The position numbers and the translations under genes are program-made. From contig OZ024764.1 in NCBI GenBank assembly GCA_964016885.1, positions 27,962,001-28,026,000 on the forward strand: DNA of 64,000 bases, in the 5' to 3' direction. Positions 12,825 through 25,116 of this stretch are shown in pieces; the first letter of the stretch is position 1, and every line of letters begins with the position of its first letter. Under the pieces are notes generated by a model. That model saw only the letters and a program-made list of their open reading frames with translations. It was not told the DNA's origin and ran no database searches. This stretch comes from Eledone cirrhosa (taxonomy: Eukaryota).

Positions 12825-13441
12825 GTCAGTGATCCCCCTCGCAACCTTTAATTAAACAAACCTGCGATGAGGCGATGATCAAAATAAACACCAAAGTATA
12901 AACAAACAGCCCATAGGTGCTGCCGGATACACGATAACATGTGTAGACGAAGTAAAACTTTTATTACTATAATATAAAGTAGAAACCCTATATTTAAACA
13001 AAGCTGCGATGCAGCGATGATCAAAACAAACTTCAAATAACATGTGTATACGAAGTGTATCTGGAAGCTTGGTCGTATTATATGACTTTCAAATTGACCC
13101 CTATTATATTCAAATTATCCCCTGTGGGGCGTGCACCCCACGTTGAGAATCCCTCATAAATAAAAATATGTGAGTGTGTTGCTATGACTGCTATTTCTAG
13201 CAGGTTTACTGCAGTCCTGTAGACGCACAACAAAAACCGGAAGTGGCAGCCATTAAAAAACTTTGGCTTAAAATCAGCCAAAAGATTTTCAATAATAGTA
13301 AAATTTTATTTTTGACAAGGACGATAACTTTTGTCTTACTTAATCGCAAAAATCGAGGCAAAAATTTTGCGGGTGTGCAGTTTACACGCTAAAATAAACC
13401 TGCTAGAAATAGCAGTTATAGCAACTCACATATATTTATAT

Positions 13442-13477
<36 letters not shown>

Positions 13478-14558
13478 CCAAACACACACCCTTATATATG
13501 TACGTGTGTGTGTGTTGACCGCTATATATATATATAGCAGCCAAACACATACACAGACACACATATATATATATATACATGTGTGTGTATATGTGTGTGT
13601 CCTCCTCTCGTCTATGGCTGTTATTTTTACATTGTCCTTTTTCTTATTTTTCTCGGGATTTGCCCGGATTCGAACATGCGACCACCTATTTACAATATAG
13701 AATCTTTACAGCTTTACTGACTTTTAAGTAATCCAAGTTGTAACCCCGGATTTAGTAGTGTTTAATTTATTTTGAAGTATTTTATTATTGGCCTTAGTTA
13801 GACGATCGTCCAAGACCATGCTGGGGCATATATATATATATGTATATATATGTGTGTGTGTGTGTGTATGCTGGGGCATATATATATAGGTGTGTGTGTG
13901 TATATATATATATGTGTGTGTGTGTCCTTTCTGTTATTCGCTGCTATTTCTAAAGTGTCAATATATATATCATATATATATATATATGATATATAAATAT
14001 ATGTAAGTGAGTTGCTATGACTGCTATTTCTAGCAGGTTTATTTTTAGCGTGTAAACTGCACACCCTCAAAATTTTTGCCTCGACTTTTGCGATTAAGTA
14101 AGACAAAAGTTATCGTCCTTGTCAAAAATAAAATTTTACTATTATTGAAAATCTTTTGGCTGATTTTAAGCCAAAGTTTTTTAATGGCTGCCACTTCCGG
14201 TTTTTGTTGTGCGTCTACAGGACTGCAGTAAACCTGCTAGAAATAGCAGTCATAGCAACACACTCACATATATTTATTTATGAGGGATTCTCAACGTGGG
14301 GTGCACGCCCCACAGCGGATAATTTGAATATAATAGGGGTCAATTTGAAAGTCATATAATACGACCCAACTCCCTGTTACACTTCGTATACACATGTTAT
14401 CGTGTATCTGGCAGCACCTGCGAGAAGTTTGTTTACATTTTGGGGTTTGCTTTGATGATCGCTGCATCGCAGCTTTGTTTAAATAAAGGGTTTCTACTTT
14501 ATATTACAGTAATAACACTTTTACAAGACTCGGATTGTTTTTATATTAAAGGGGACAT
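11501..14558. mobile_element. ~3 kb fold-back (long inverted repeat) element, left arm interrupted; family unassigned
   Basis: 13036-13460 is the reverse complement of ~13970-14400 (near-identical ORFs at 13078- and 14156+). 12850-13035 and 11501-11632 match 14395-14558 in reverse. Outer ends are ATGTTCCCCTTTAA and TTAAAGGGGACAT. Confidence 0.8.
12081..12500 (+). mobile_element. Second CRE-like RLE-domain fragment; also at ~27095-27514 and ~42389-42808
   Basis: RIGVAQRLGLRVCEPH / ALNDIVRRSLDAAEFPSQLEPAGLGRGDGKH(R/P)EGITLFPF / AARLADEHKINKF / AVETPG. This matches the CRE consensus LNDII.RAL..A..PS.LEP.GL.R.DGKRPDG.TL.PW with internal deletions. Confidence 0.8.
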
Positions 14559-15038
14559 GTTTTTTAAACTCTGAACTCAGCACTTTTCTGTTGTTCTCCG
14601 GGATTCTAGCAAAGTATAAAAATATATATATATATATAGCTGGCAGTCAACCTCAGACTCGAAAAAGCCGCCGTTAATCGTGATCGTTGGGGTTATAATT
14701 AGACTAAAAGTGCTTCCACTGGGCACCATTAGCTGATTGTGATCATTGGAGAATTCTTTCTGCGCTGAAAGAGCCTAGGACTAAAAGATATATATATAGA
14801 TGTCGAAACGGCAGTAGCACAGCCGTTGGGGTCCTGAATATTTTCACATCTATATATGTGTGTGTATTCTGCGACATTTATAATTACATAAGCAAGCATA
14901 TTTGAATAACAAAATTTGAGGTTTAAATACTTTATTTTTTACCAATAACATAGAGAAAGGCATGAACAACACCACATGTTAATTACTTTAATATTGAAAG
15001 TAGGGTTATAAAGATTAAAAAAGCAGATTTTTTAATCT

Positions 15039-15110
15039 TTCATGGTGGTCTGGTGGGTAATACCAGAGATGGTGGTAGTCCTGGTTTCGGTTTCAATCCC
15101 GGTCATGGGT
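15039..15110 (+). pseudogene. Degenerate tRNA-Glu-like sequence (pseudo-tRNA or SINE head); also at ~30247 and ~45390
   Basis: CATGGTGGTCTGGTGG (A-box) and GGTTTCAATCCCGGTCATGG (B-box/acceptor) resemble the ends of metazoan tRNA-Glu. The anticodon arm is not canonical. Confidence 0.55.
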
Positions 15111-15185
15111 TACATATAAGGTCTCATTTTTTTTTTTCTTTCTTTCAGTTTTCTTCTTATCTCTAGATATAAATATATATACATA

Positions 15186-15292
15186 AGGTAATTTGGTAGA
15201 ATTGTTAGAACATCAGATAGAATTCTTTGCAGTATTTTTCCAGTTCTTTACTCTGAGTTCAACTTTACCTTTCTTCCATTCGGTGTCGATAA
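15186..15292 (+). mobile_element. Old, truncated copy of the tRNA-derived SINE family
   Basis: TTGGTAGAATTGTTAGAACATCAGATAGAA..GAGTTCAACTTTACCTTTC..GTCGATAA aligns by eye to the SINE at 54469. Confidence 0.55.
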
Positions 15293-15410
15293 GTCTTGAA
15301 TATGTCTAACGTAGCAATAATTGGAGCTACTTAACCAAGTTTTCCCAACCTAGTCGATGTCACCTACTGGTTGGCGATTTAAACTGTTGGCTGGGACAAT
15401 GACCAACTAA

Positions 15411-15658
15411 TCAGTCAGATTCGAACTCACTATGTCTGGCATATATTTTATATTTTATATTTGAATGACGTTCTGTAAGTAACCTGGTGGCTTAGATGGC
15501 AATACTGCTCGAATAGATGGCTTCTATTATGAAGTTATAAGTTCATTCCCTATCCAGGATTGTAGAATTAATTTTATTTAGTTATTATTTAATCAATTGT
15601 TTTAACAAACAAATTATATCTATAAAACGCCAAATATAGTGAGTTCAAATCTGACTGA
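15411..15658. mobile_element. MITE-like element with ~30-bp TIRs
   Basis: TCAGTCAGATTCGAACTCACTATGTCTGGC (15411-15440) vs GCCAAATATAGTGAGTTCAAATCTGACTGA (15629-15658), 3 mismatches. Repeated in each copy of this segment. Confidence 0.65.
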
Positions 15659-15982
15659 CATGCATGGTATATATTTATGTTTCATTATACAACGACACAA
15701 TACACAGGAACTTATAAAGATATGTATATATTGTCCAGGAGTTTCGAGTTTAGTGGGAATTGGTACAACTCTCAATTGGAGCTAGTTCCTGCAAGATCAG
15801 CATAAATAATGTTATACCTTTTCATGAAATCTTGCACACCCGATGTTTTATACATGATTATTTAAAGGTGAACAAAAACCAAAGAACATTGTGCAGCATT
15901 TCTCAACCTTTCTACCCATGTCGATCTCTTGAAATAGTTTTTATGTCTCAGGGATGCCCTGCATAAAATATACTTTTTCTAT

Positions 15983-16020
15983 CTCTAGAGCAGTGGTTCC
16001 CAAATCGTGTGCTGCGAGAT
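15983..16020 (+). mobile_element. hAT/Charlie-like 5' end with typical target site
   Basis: CTCTAGAG followed by CAGTGGTTCCCAAA. Confidence 0.55.
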
Positions 16021-16578
16021 GAAACAAGATGAGCTGCAAAAGACTAAGATTAAGTTTTAAGATGTGAAAAATATAAAACTGAAATTTCATATAAAAGTTC
16101 AAATATAGCTACAGCCACAAACCTAGGCTCCACACCCCGCAATGCAAAGGATAGTAAGATAGTACCAAGGCCTGACTCACCTCTTCCACTCCATTGAGAC
16201 CTCTGCCATACTTGGTCCCTGTACTGCTGATTTCCTCCATAAAGTCGGGAGGAAAGACGACAGGAGCCTCATGAGGAGGGGCGACTATTGTAGCAGGTGT
16301 CTCTGGCCTTGCTCCGAGGTAACGCTTTTACGTTTCTTCCACAGGTTGCGGCTGAGGGACCACTTAGACTGGGGTGAAGTGTCTGTCCCTCCCCCGACTT
16401 CTTACTTCTTTTTTTTTCGCATTTTCATTTTCTTTTCTCTTCTTGCTTATCTCTGCTATACCACGGCATCAAAAACATATATGATATGTGTATGTATGGT
16501 ATAGGTGTATTTATATTTAGGATAGTTATCAAAGGTAAATAGACTGGTTGAAGCAATAACAGTCTTGTTTATGTATAT

Positions 16579-16610
<32 letters not shown>

Positions 16611-16716
16611 CTGTTTGTTCTTGTATTTCCATAGAAAAGGTAAAGAAAAGAAGAATGCTCTATGTATTGTACAGAGCTATTTAATTACATAATAAACAAC
16701 AGAATATAATTATTCC

Positions 16717-16969
16717 ATGCAAATAGACTTAGACTGGAAAACATTCAGACAGAGAAGAATGGATAATGAGCGTCGTAAGAGAAATTGGCCAACAATTAAT
16801 ATTAATGGAAATGTAGAAGGATTTCATATTAGTGATATGAATGTTTCGTGTGATCACTGTGGAGCTTTGAAATTTAGAAATGAAAATTGTAACTGTTGTA
16901 ATAAAGGAAAGGTTGTGTTGCCACCATTGCAAATATACCCTGAGAGACTGAGAAATCTCTTTGAAAGAG
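16717..16969 (+). mobile_element. Truncated Helitron N-terminal fragment ending in a snap-back hairpin; also at 31929-32181
   Basis: Same CDHCGALKF..CCNKGKV motif as 6527. Similarity stops after GAAAGAG at 16969. Confidence 0.9.
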
Positions 16970-17701
16970 ATTTCTCAGTCTCTCAGGGTATATATTCCCG
17001 CCGTTGAAATAAAAATTTTAATAGAAAAACGGCGGGAATATATGTTACAACCCAATCTATATATATTTAGGTTGTAACATATATTCCCGCCGTTGAAATA
17101 AAAATTTTAATAGAAAAACGGCGGGAATATATGTTACAGCCCAATCTATATATATTTGGGTTTTAACATATATTCCCGCCGTTGAAATAAACATTTTAAT
17201 AGAAAAACGGCGGGAATATATGTTACAACCCAATCTACATATATTTGGGTTGTAACATATATTCCCGCCGTTGAAATAAAAATTTTAATAGAAAAACGGC
17301 GGGAATATATGTTACAACCCAATCTACATATATTTGGGTTGTAACATATATTCCCGCCGTTGAAATAAAAATTTTAACATAAAAACGGCGGGAATATATA
17401 TTACAACCCAAACATATATAGGTTGGGTTGTAACATATATTCCCGCCGTTTTTCTATTAAAATTTTTATTTCAACGGCGGGAATATATGTTACAACCCCA
17501 AAATATGTAGCTTGGATTGTAACATATATTCCCGCCGTTTTTCTATTAAAATTTTTATTTCAACGGCGGGAATATATGTTACAACTCAAATATATATAGA
17601 TTGGGTTGTAACATATATTCCCGCCGTTTTTCTATTAAAATTTTTATTTCACCGGCAGGAATATGTTACAACCCAAATATATATATATTGAGTTGTAACA
17701 T
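16933..17701. repeat. Perfect 30-bp snap-back hairpin plus 89-bp double-hairpin tandem array with an internal orientation flip (5 forward + 3 reverse units)
   Basis: The unit is ATATTCCCGCCGTT..AACGGCGGGAATAT plus ATGTTACAACCCAA..TTGGGTTGTAACAT. Forward units start at ~16992, 17081, 17170, 17259, 17348; reverse units at ~17437, 17526, 17615. Confidence 0.93.
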
Positions 17702-19160
17702 GGGTTACATATAAGGTCTCATTTTTTTTCTTTTCTTTCTTTCAGTTTTCTTCTTATCTCTAGATATAAATATATATACATAAGGTAACTTGGTAGAATT
17801 GTTAGAACATCAGATAGAATTCTTTGCAGTATTTTTCCAGTTCTTTACTCTGAGTTCAACTTTACCTTTCTTCCATTCAGTGTCGATAAATCTTGAATAT
17901 GTCTAACGTAGCAATAACTGGAGCTACTTAACCAAGTTTTCCCAACCTAGTCGATGTCACCTACTGGTTGGCGATTTAAACTGTTGGCTGCGACAATGAC
18001 CAACTAATCAGTCAGATTCGAACTCACTATGTCTGGCATATATTTTATATTTTATATTTGAATGAAGTTCTGTAAGTAACCTGGTGGCTTAGATGGCAAT
18101 ACTGCTCGAATAGATGGCTTCTAGTTCATTCCCTATCCAGGATTGTAGAATTAATTTTATTTAGTTATTATTTAATCAATTGTTTTAACAAACAAATTAT
18201 ATCTATAAAACGCCAAATATAGTGAGTTCAAATCTGACTGACATGCATGGTATATATTTATGTTTCATTATACAGCGACACAATACACAGGAACTTATAA
18301 AGATATGTATATATTGTCCAGGAGTTTCGAGTTTAGTGGGAATTGGTACAACTCTCAGTTGGAGCTAGTTCCTGCAAGATCAGCATAAATAATGTTATAC
18401 CTTTTCATGAAATCTTGCACACCCGATATTTTATACATGATTATTTAAAGGTGAACAAAAACCAAAGAACATTGTGCAGCATTCTCAACCTTTCTACCCA
18501 TGTCGATCTCTTGAAATAGTTTTTATGTCTCAGGGAAGCCCTGCATAAAATATACTTTTTCTATCTCTAGAGCAGTGGTTCCCAAATCGTGTGCTGAGAG
18601 ATGAAACAAGATGAGCTGCAAAAGACTAAGATTAAGTTTTATGATGTGAAAAATATAAAACTGAAATTTCATATAAAAGTTCAAATATAGCTACAGCCAC
18701 AAACCTAGGCTCCACACCCCGCAATGCAGAGGATAGTAAGATAGTACCAAGGCCTGACTCACCTCTTCCACTCCATTGAGACCTCTGCCATACTTGGTCC
18801 CTGTACTGCTGATTTCCTCCATAAAGTCGGGAGGAAAGACGACAGGAGCTTCATGAGGAGGGGCGACTATTGTAGCAGGTGTCTCTGGCCTTGCTCTGAG
18901 GTAACGCTTTTACGTTTCTTCCACAGGTTGCGGCTGAGGGACCACTTAGACTGGGGTGAAGTGTCTGTCCCTCCCCCGACTTCTTACTTCTTTTTTTTTC
19001 TCATTTTCATTTTCTTTTCTCTTCTTGCTTATCTCTGCTATACCACGGCATCAAAAACATATATGATATATGTATGTATGGTATAGGTGTATTTATATTT
19101 AGGATAGTTATCAAAGGTAAATAGACTGGTTGGAGCAATAACAGTCTTGTTTATGTATGT

Positions 19161-19217
<57 letters not shown>

Positions 19218-19570
19218 TGTTCTTGTATTTCCATAGAAAAGGTAAAGAAAAGAAGAATGCTCTATGTATTGTACAGAGCTATTTAATTACATAATAAACA
19301 ACAGAATATAATTATTCCATGCAAATAGACTTAGAATGGAAAACATTCAGACAGAGAAGAATGGATAATGAGCGTCGTAAGAGAAATTGGCCAACAATTA
19401 ATATTAATGGAAATGTAGAAGAATTTCATATTAGTGATATGAATGTTTCGTGTGATCACTGTGGAGCTTTGAAATTTAGAAATGAAAATTGTAACTGTTG
19501 TAATAAAGGAAAGGTAGTGTTGCCACCATTGCAAATATACCCTGAGAGACTGAGAAATCTCTTTGAAAGA
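17699..19570 (+). repeat. Direct duplicate of 15104-16969 inside the macro-unit (also ~32821-34692 vs ~30311-32181)
   Basis: The sequence restarts at CATGGGTTACATATAAGGTCTC. ORFs 16271/18853 and 16717/19319 are near-identical. Confidence 0.93.
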
Positions 19571-22500
19571 GGCCAGGAAGCAGTTGATTTCACAGAAACA
19601 TCTGCAATTAAAACTACATTTATTTCACTTCATTTGGTGTTACCACCCGGCAGAGGCCCGTATAGATTTCATATTCAGGGTCAAACATATCAATACACAC
19701 CCATCTCTGTAACCTGCAGAAAATACACCACAATATGGCCAGTTATATATTATTGATGGGAACGAAGGTGTGTAGCACAGATTGGAAGTACAACCAAATA
19801 ATTGTTTCTGGCACAAGGCCAGCAATTACTGGTACTTTATTCTATCGACCTCATAAGGATGAAAACAAAGTCAACCTTGGAGGGATTTGAACCCAGAACG
19901 TAAAGGGCCATAACCCTATGCTGCAAAGCATGGTGTCTGACGCTCTACCGATACTGCCAATCCACTGCCCTAGTCCCAACAAATAATGACTGCTCACCAC
20001 AAAAAATGGCTATGATAAGAGAGGTGTTGCATGAATATAATCCATATGTCGAAGTGTACAATACAATGCATGGCATCACAAATGAATATATATATATATA
20101 CTACTAAAGTGTATGTAAAATTTTAAAATAAATACTTAAATTCAATTTGTATAATTACACATACAATATGTTTTGTTGTAAAACCCTAAATAATGATTTA
20201 AGAAATGATGTCAATCTCTTTGTACAGAGAAAAACAATTTATATATATGCATCGTGTGCGCGTGTATACTCCATTTAAGACAGCGAAAAACCTAGTACCT
20301 CCTTCAAAGAATGCCAAATAGTTTATGCCTAAGGTGTAACACTAATTAAGTTACTGGTATAGATATTTCAGTTGAACCCTGCTTCAAACATGCATATTAT
20401 TATTATATATTTTCAAACACACTTACATACATTATATTTATACACATAGAAATGTTAAAACTAAAGTATAATGATATAACAACAGTATATAATAGTTTTC
20501 TTCACTTTATTGAGATGCAATTGTTTTAAAGAAAAAACATGACAGTATAAGAAATATTTAATATGATAACATAATATTTCAGGTAGGATGGTGGTTTCTC
20601 TTTGAACTAATAATTGTTTCTACTTTAGGCACAAGGCCAGCAATTAACCAGTACATTACTGGTACTTTATTTTATCGACCCCGTAAGGATGAAAGGCAAA
20701 GTTAACCTCGGATCGTAAAGGGACGTAACTATACTGGAAAGCATGGCGTCAGACCCTCTACCGATACTGCCAATTCACCATACAGTATAATTATACAAAT
20801 ATGCATATAGATAGCAATATATATACACTAATATGTATGTACATATTTATACATATATACATATATATAGGGAGAGAGAGAGACACATGTATGTATATAT
20901 ATATACACATGCGTGTATGTATGTGTTTATGTACATTCTTCGGTATATATATATGAGTCACGGTTTATTACACATTGGAGACACAGAGAGAAAGAGTTGA
21001 AACGAGAGGTGAGAGAGTTGAAACAAGAGAGGAGAGAGTTGAAACGAGAAAAGAGAGAGAGAGTTGAAACGAGAGGAGAGAGAGAGAGAGTTGTAACGAG
21101 AGGAGAGAGAGAGAGAGAGTTGAAACGAGAGGAGAGAGAGTTGAAACGAGGAGAGAGTTGAAACAAGAGGGTGAGGGGAGAGAGGGGAGAGAGTGATGAA
21201 ACGAGTCGGAGATAGAGTGTGAAAGAGAGAGAGAGAGGAAGAGAGAGAGAGAGAGGAAGAGAGAGAGAGAGGAAGAGAGAGAGAGAAAGAGAGAGAGAGA
21301 GGAAGAGAGAGAGAGGAAGAGGGAGAGGGGGGATGAAACAAGAGGGTGAGGGATGAAACAAGAGAGAGAGGGGAGAGAAAGAGAGAGGGGAGAGAAAGAG
21401 AGAGGGGAGAGAAAGAGAGAGAGAGAGAGAGAACGAATTGAAACAAGAGAGAGATGAAACAAGTGAGGGATTAGATTGTTGAAACAAGAGAGAGAGGAAG
21501 AGAGAGAGAGAGCAAGATGGAACGAGAGAGAGAGAGCGAGATGAAATGAGAGCGAGATGAAACGAGAGAGAGAGAGAGTGAGATGAAATGAGAGAGAGAG
21601 AGAGCGAGAGAGAGAGCGAGATGAAACGAGAGAGAGAGAGAGAGAGAGAGAGCGAGATGAAATGAGACAGAGAGAGCGAGATGAAACGAGAGAGAGAGAG
21701 AGCGAGATGAAATGAGAGAGTGAGTGCGAGATGAAATGAGAGAGAGTGAGAGCGACATGAAATGAGAGAGAGAGAGCGAGATGAAACGAGAGAGAGAGAG
21801 AGCGAGATGAAATGAGAGAGAGTCAGAGCGAGATGAAATGAGAGAGTGAGAGCGAGATGAAATGAGAAAGAGAGAGCGAGATGAAATGAGAGAGAGTGAG
21901 AGCGAGATGAAATGAGAGAGAGAGAGCGAGATGAAATGAGAGAGAGAGGAAACGAGACTAGAGAGCGAGATGAAACAGGAGAGAGAGAACGAGATGAAAC
22001 AGGAGAGAGAGAGCGAGATGAAACAGGAGAGAGAGAGCGAGATGAAACGCGAGGGAGAGAGAGATGAAATGAGAGAGCGAGAGAGAGATAGAGGGAGATG
22101 AAACGACAGAGAGAGAGACAGATGAAACGAGAGAGAGAAATAGAGATGAAACGAGAGAGAGTGATGAAACGAGAGAGAGGAAGAGAGAGATGGAACGAGA
22201 GAGAGGAAGAGAGAGATGGAACGAGAGAGAGGAAGACAGAGATGAAATGAGAGAGAGGAAGACAGAGATGAAACGAGAGAGAGAGAGAGCGAGATGAAAC
22301 GAGAGAGAGAGAGCGCGAGATGAATCTCTGTCATGTAATGTTATGGACATATCTGCCCCTGGGGCTAATAATTGTCATGTAATGTTATGGTCATCTCTGC
22401 CCCTGTGGTTAATAATTCTGTCATGTAATGTTATGGTCATGTCTGCACCTGTGGCTAATAAATCTGTCATGTAATGTTATGGTCATCTCTGCCCCTGTGG

Positions 22501-24286
22501 CTAATAATTCTGTCATGTAATGTTATGGACATCTCTGCCCCTGTGGCTAATAATTCTGACATGTAATGTTATGGACATCTCTGCCCCGGTGGCTAATAAT
22601 TCTGACATGTAATGTTATGGACATCTCTGCCCCTGTGGCTAATAATTCTGACATGTAATGTTATGGACATTGCTATCTTGTTTCATCTCAAACAGCAAAG
22701 TGCAAGAAGAGAAAATTGTCGTGTACAGAACTGTGAATTAAGATTTAGAAGAGGATCAGATATGAGCTGCTCTAATTTACCAACTAGTAATGATAGCTGT
22801 TGTTTTGTGGGGGATTGAGGGCACACCACCTGTACAAAGAGATATTATCATCTTTCCTAAAGACCATCCTCCTCAGAAAATACCACATAATGCATGCCAC
22901 TTGGACCTCATGACCGACCGATAATGGTGAATTTTGGTGGCATAGTGCCTTGGAGAGGAATGTAGGACCTGTGTTTGCAATAGACTGACAATGCAGGAGT
23001 ATTACATATACTGTATAGCATATAGAGGAGGATTTAGTGCGATATATAGGGCAGGTAAATTATTTTAGCAGTATTTAGTGGATGCCTATATGAAAGTAGA
23101 GGGATGCAGGCTTCAATATTTGAGGAACAATCAAGCCCAAATGTGAGTGGATGAGTATAATGGTTTAATGAATTATCTAAACAGATGATAACACTGAGCC
23201 TTAAAAAATGAAGACAAGATAAGAAACAGAGAAGACATTGACAGAATCGTGTCAGCAGAAATACCTGCATTGGAAGATGATCCAGTACTACATGAGCAGG
23301 TTTAAAAGTTTATGATCCACAGGCCATGTGGTTCTGGAAACCCTTTTCCCCCATTTATACAAAATGGATTTTTCAAAAAGAACTATCCAAAAACCTACAG
23401 AAGGGAAACATTATTGAACCTAAATGGATACCCAGAGTACAGGAGGTGCAAGACAGGAACTGCAGTGTAAATTGGATGACATTCAGTAGATAACAGGAAT
23501 GTTGTGCCATTTAATGCCTTTTTGCTTAAGAAATATTGTGCACATATTAATGTTGAAGTTTGCGCTTCTGTAAAAAGTGTCAAGTACCTCTTTAAATATG
23601 TTACATGGGGCATGATTGTACATCTATAGAAGTAACGAATAATGCATTACCTAATGAGGCTCAGAACCAACACAACCATGATGAAATAAGAACCTATCTT
23701 TGTTGCAGGTATGTGTCTCAGCCAGAAGCAGTGTCGTGTCTCTCGGAATTTAAGCTTCATGGTACATCACATACAGTATACAGCCTAGCCACACACCTGG
23801 AGAACAAACAGAGTTTACTTTCAAAGAGGCAATGCTCAGGTTGTGATAGAAATGCAGGGACCCTTGCTGCCTGGTTCAAGCTAAATGAACTTGCTTACAC
23901 CTTCTGGGATGCCGCCTCACTAACTCCAATTATAAGCAGGATCAATAATAATGCTTCTATGCAATATTTCAATCCAGAACAGATTATGTAATGGCACAAG
24001 ATTAGAAGTAGTAGAACTGCATAAACATTTTATCAAAGCTTCTCATATCTATGGTCCTTTGATGGGCAGGTGTGTTTTGATCCCAAGACTGAAGTTATCC
24101 CCCAGTGGTGCCAACATCCCTTTTACTTTGGAAAGACCCCAGTTTCCATTAAGACTGTCATATGCCATGACAATCAACAAGAACCATGGTCAAATACATG
24201 ATAAAGTGGGTCTGTTCCTCCCTGAGCAAGTATTTAACCCTGGACAATTGTATGTTGCTTTTTCAAGAGTTCACAGACAGATGTAA
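19319..24286 (+). mobile_element. Helitron relic, copy 2, split by a 2.6-kb insertion
   Basis: Same motifs as copy 1. The sequence breaks after GGCATCA (20078) and resumes at AACAGCAAAG (22691). Confidence 0.92.
20079..22690 (-). repeat. Insertion carrying unique flank, a SINE (~20610-20780) and an inverted segment of the 1-6351 satellite (~20985-22670)
   Basis: GA-rich reverse complement of the CT blocks plus a reverse-complement 46-bp array (CATGTAATGTTATGGACATCTCTGCCCCTGTGGCTAATAATTCT). Absent from copy 1 (7285/7286). TCA is present at both junctions. Confidence 0.92.
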
Positions 24287-24859
24287 AAATTAATCCTAGC
24301 AAACCCCCACCACTCCTACAACTGTTAGCTGTTAGCCCACCCCCAGCACCACCCAACCTCCGTTCTAGTCCCACCGTTAGAACCAATGCTGCTTACCCTG
24401 CCTCTTTTACTAGTTCACTCCGTCGCTCGAATTTCAAAGCTGGCCCTCTACACTTGGTCGTTGCCAGCTCACCACCTGGTTGTGCTCTCTGTGTCCGCAC
24501 TAGCCGGTACCTAAACACAATAAAATGTCACCTGTGCTACCAAAACTACCACAGGAACTCTGTCGGCATCAGCAAGGCTCAAGCCGAAAGGCTTCAATAC
24601 TAGACCTGTAATCAGGGCCACTTTACCTCCGACGACCAGCTTTCTACCGAGTGTGTGTTGATGGAGGGGACATGAGACCAGCAAAGTCCTAGGAGTAGAG
24701 ACTAGTAAATAATAAACGGTCCTAGCTATGTTAAGAATATATATAAGAAAAATGTTCTATACATTTAAGAAGACAAGAGAAATAAATATTTACCTCTTTC
24801 ATGTAGGTAATATAGCGGTGTTATAAAAGTATAATAACTGATGCAGGTAGTTTGTTTCA

Positions 24860-25116
24860 AACTATAACACATATAACTCTATCAGTGAAGCCCTTTAGTA
24901 TAGGTCAACTGGGAAACTATAACACATATAACCCTATCAGTGAAGCCCTCTGGGAAACTATAACACATATAACTCTATCAGTGAAGCCCTTTAGTATAGG
25001 TCAACTGGGAAACTATAACACATATAACCCTATCAGTGAAGTCCTTTAGTATAGGTCAACTGGGAAATTATAACACATATAACCCTATCAGTGAAGTCCT
25101 TTAGTATAGGTCAACT
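24860..25116 (+). repeat. 55-bp minisatellite, 5 units
   Basis: Same monomer as 9455. Confidence 0.93.

Noticed and set aside
13078-14359. Repeated 67-aa ORF MADFKPKFF.. on both strands
   Set aside because: A by-product of the inverted repeat; non-ATG start and no recognisable domain.
15039-15110. Functional tRNA gene (also 13650-13725 and 51148-51390)
   Set aside because: A/B boxes are degenerate and I could not form a canonical cloverleaf; kept only as tRNA-like relics.
16990-17701. 89-bp array as CRISPR with palindromic repeats
   Set aside because: The sequences between stems are near-identical rather than unique spacers, and orientation flips mid-array.
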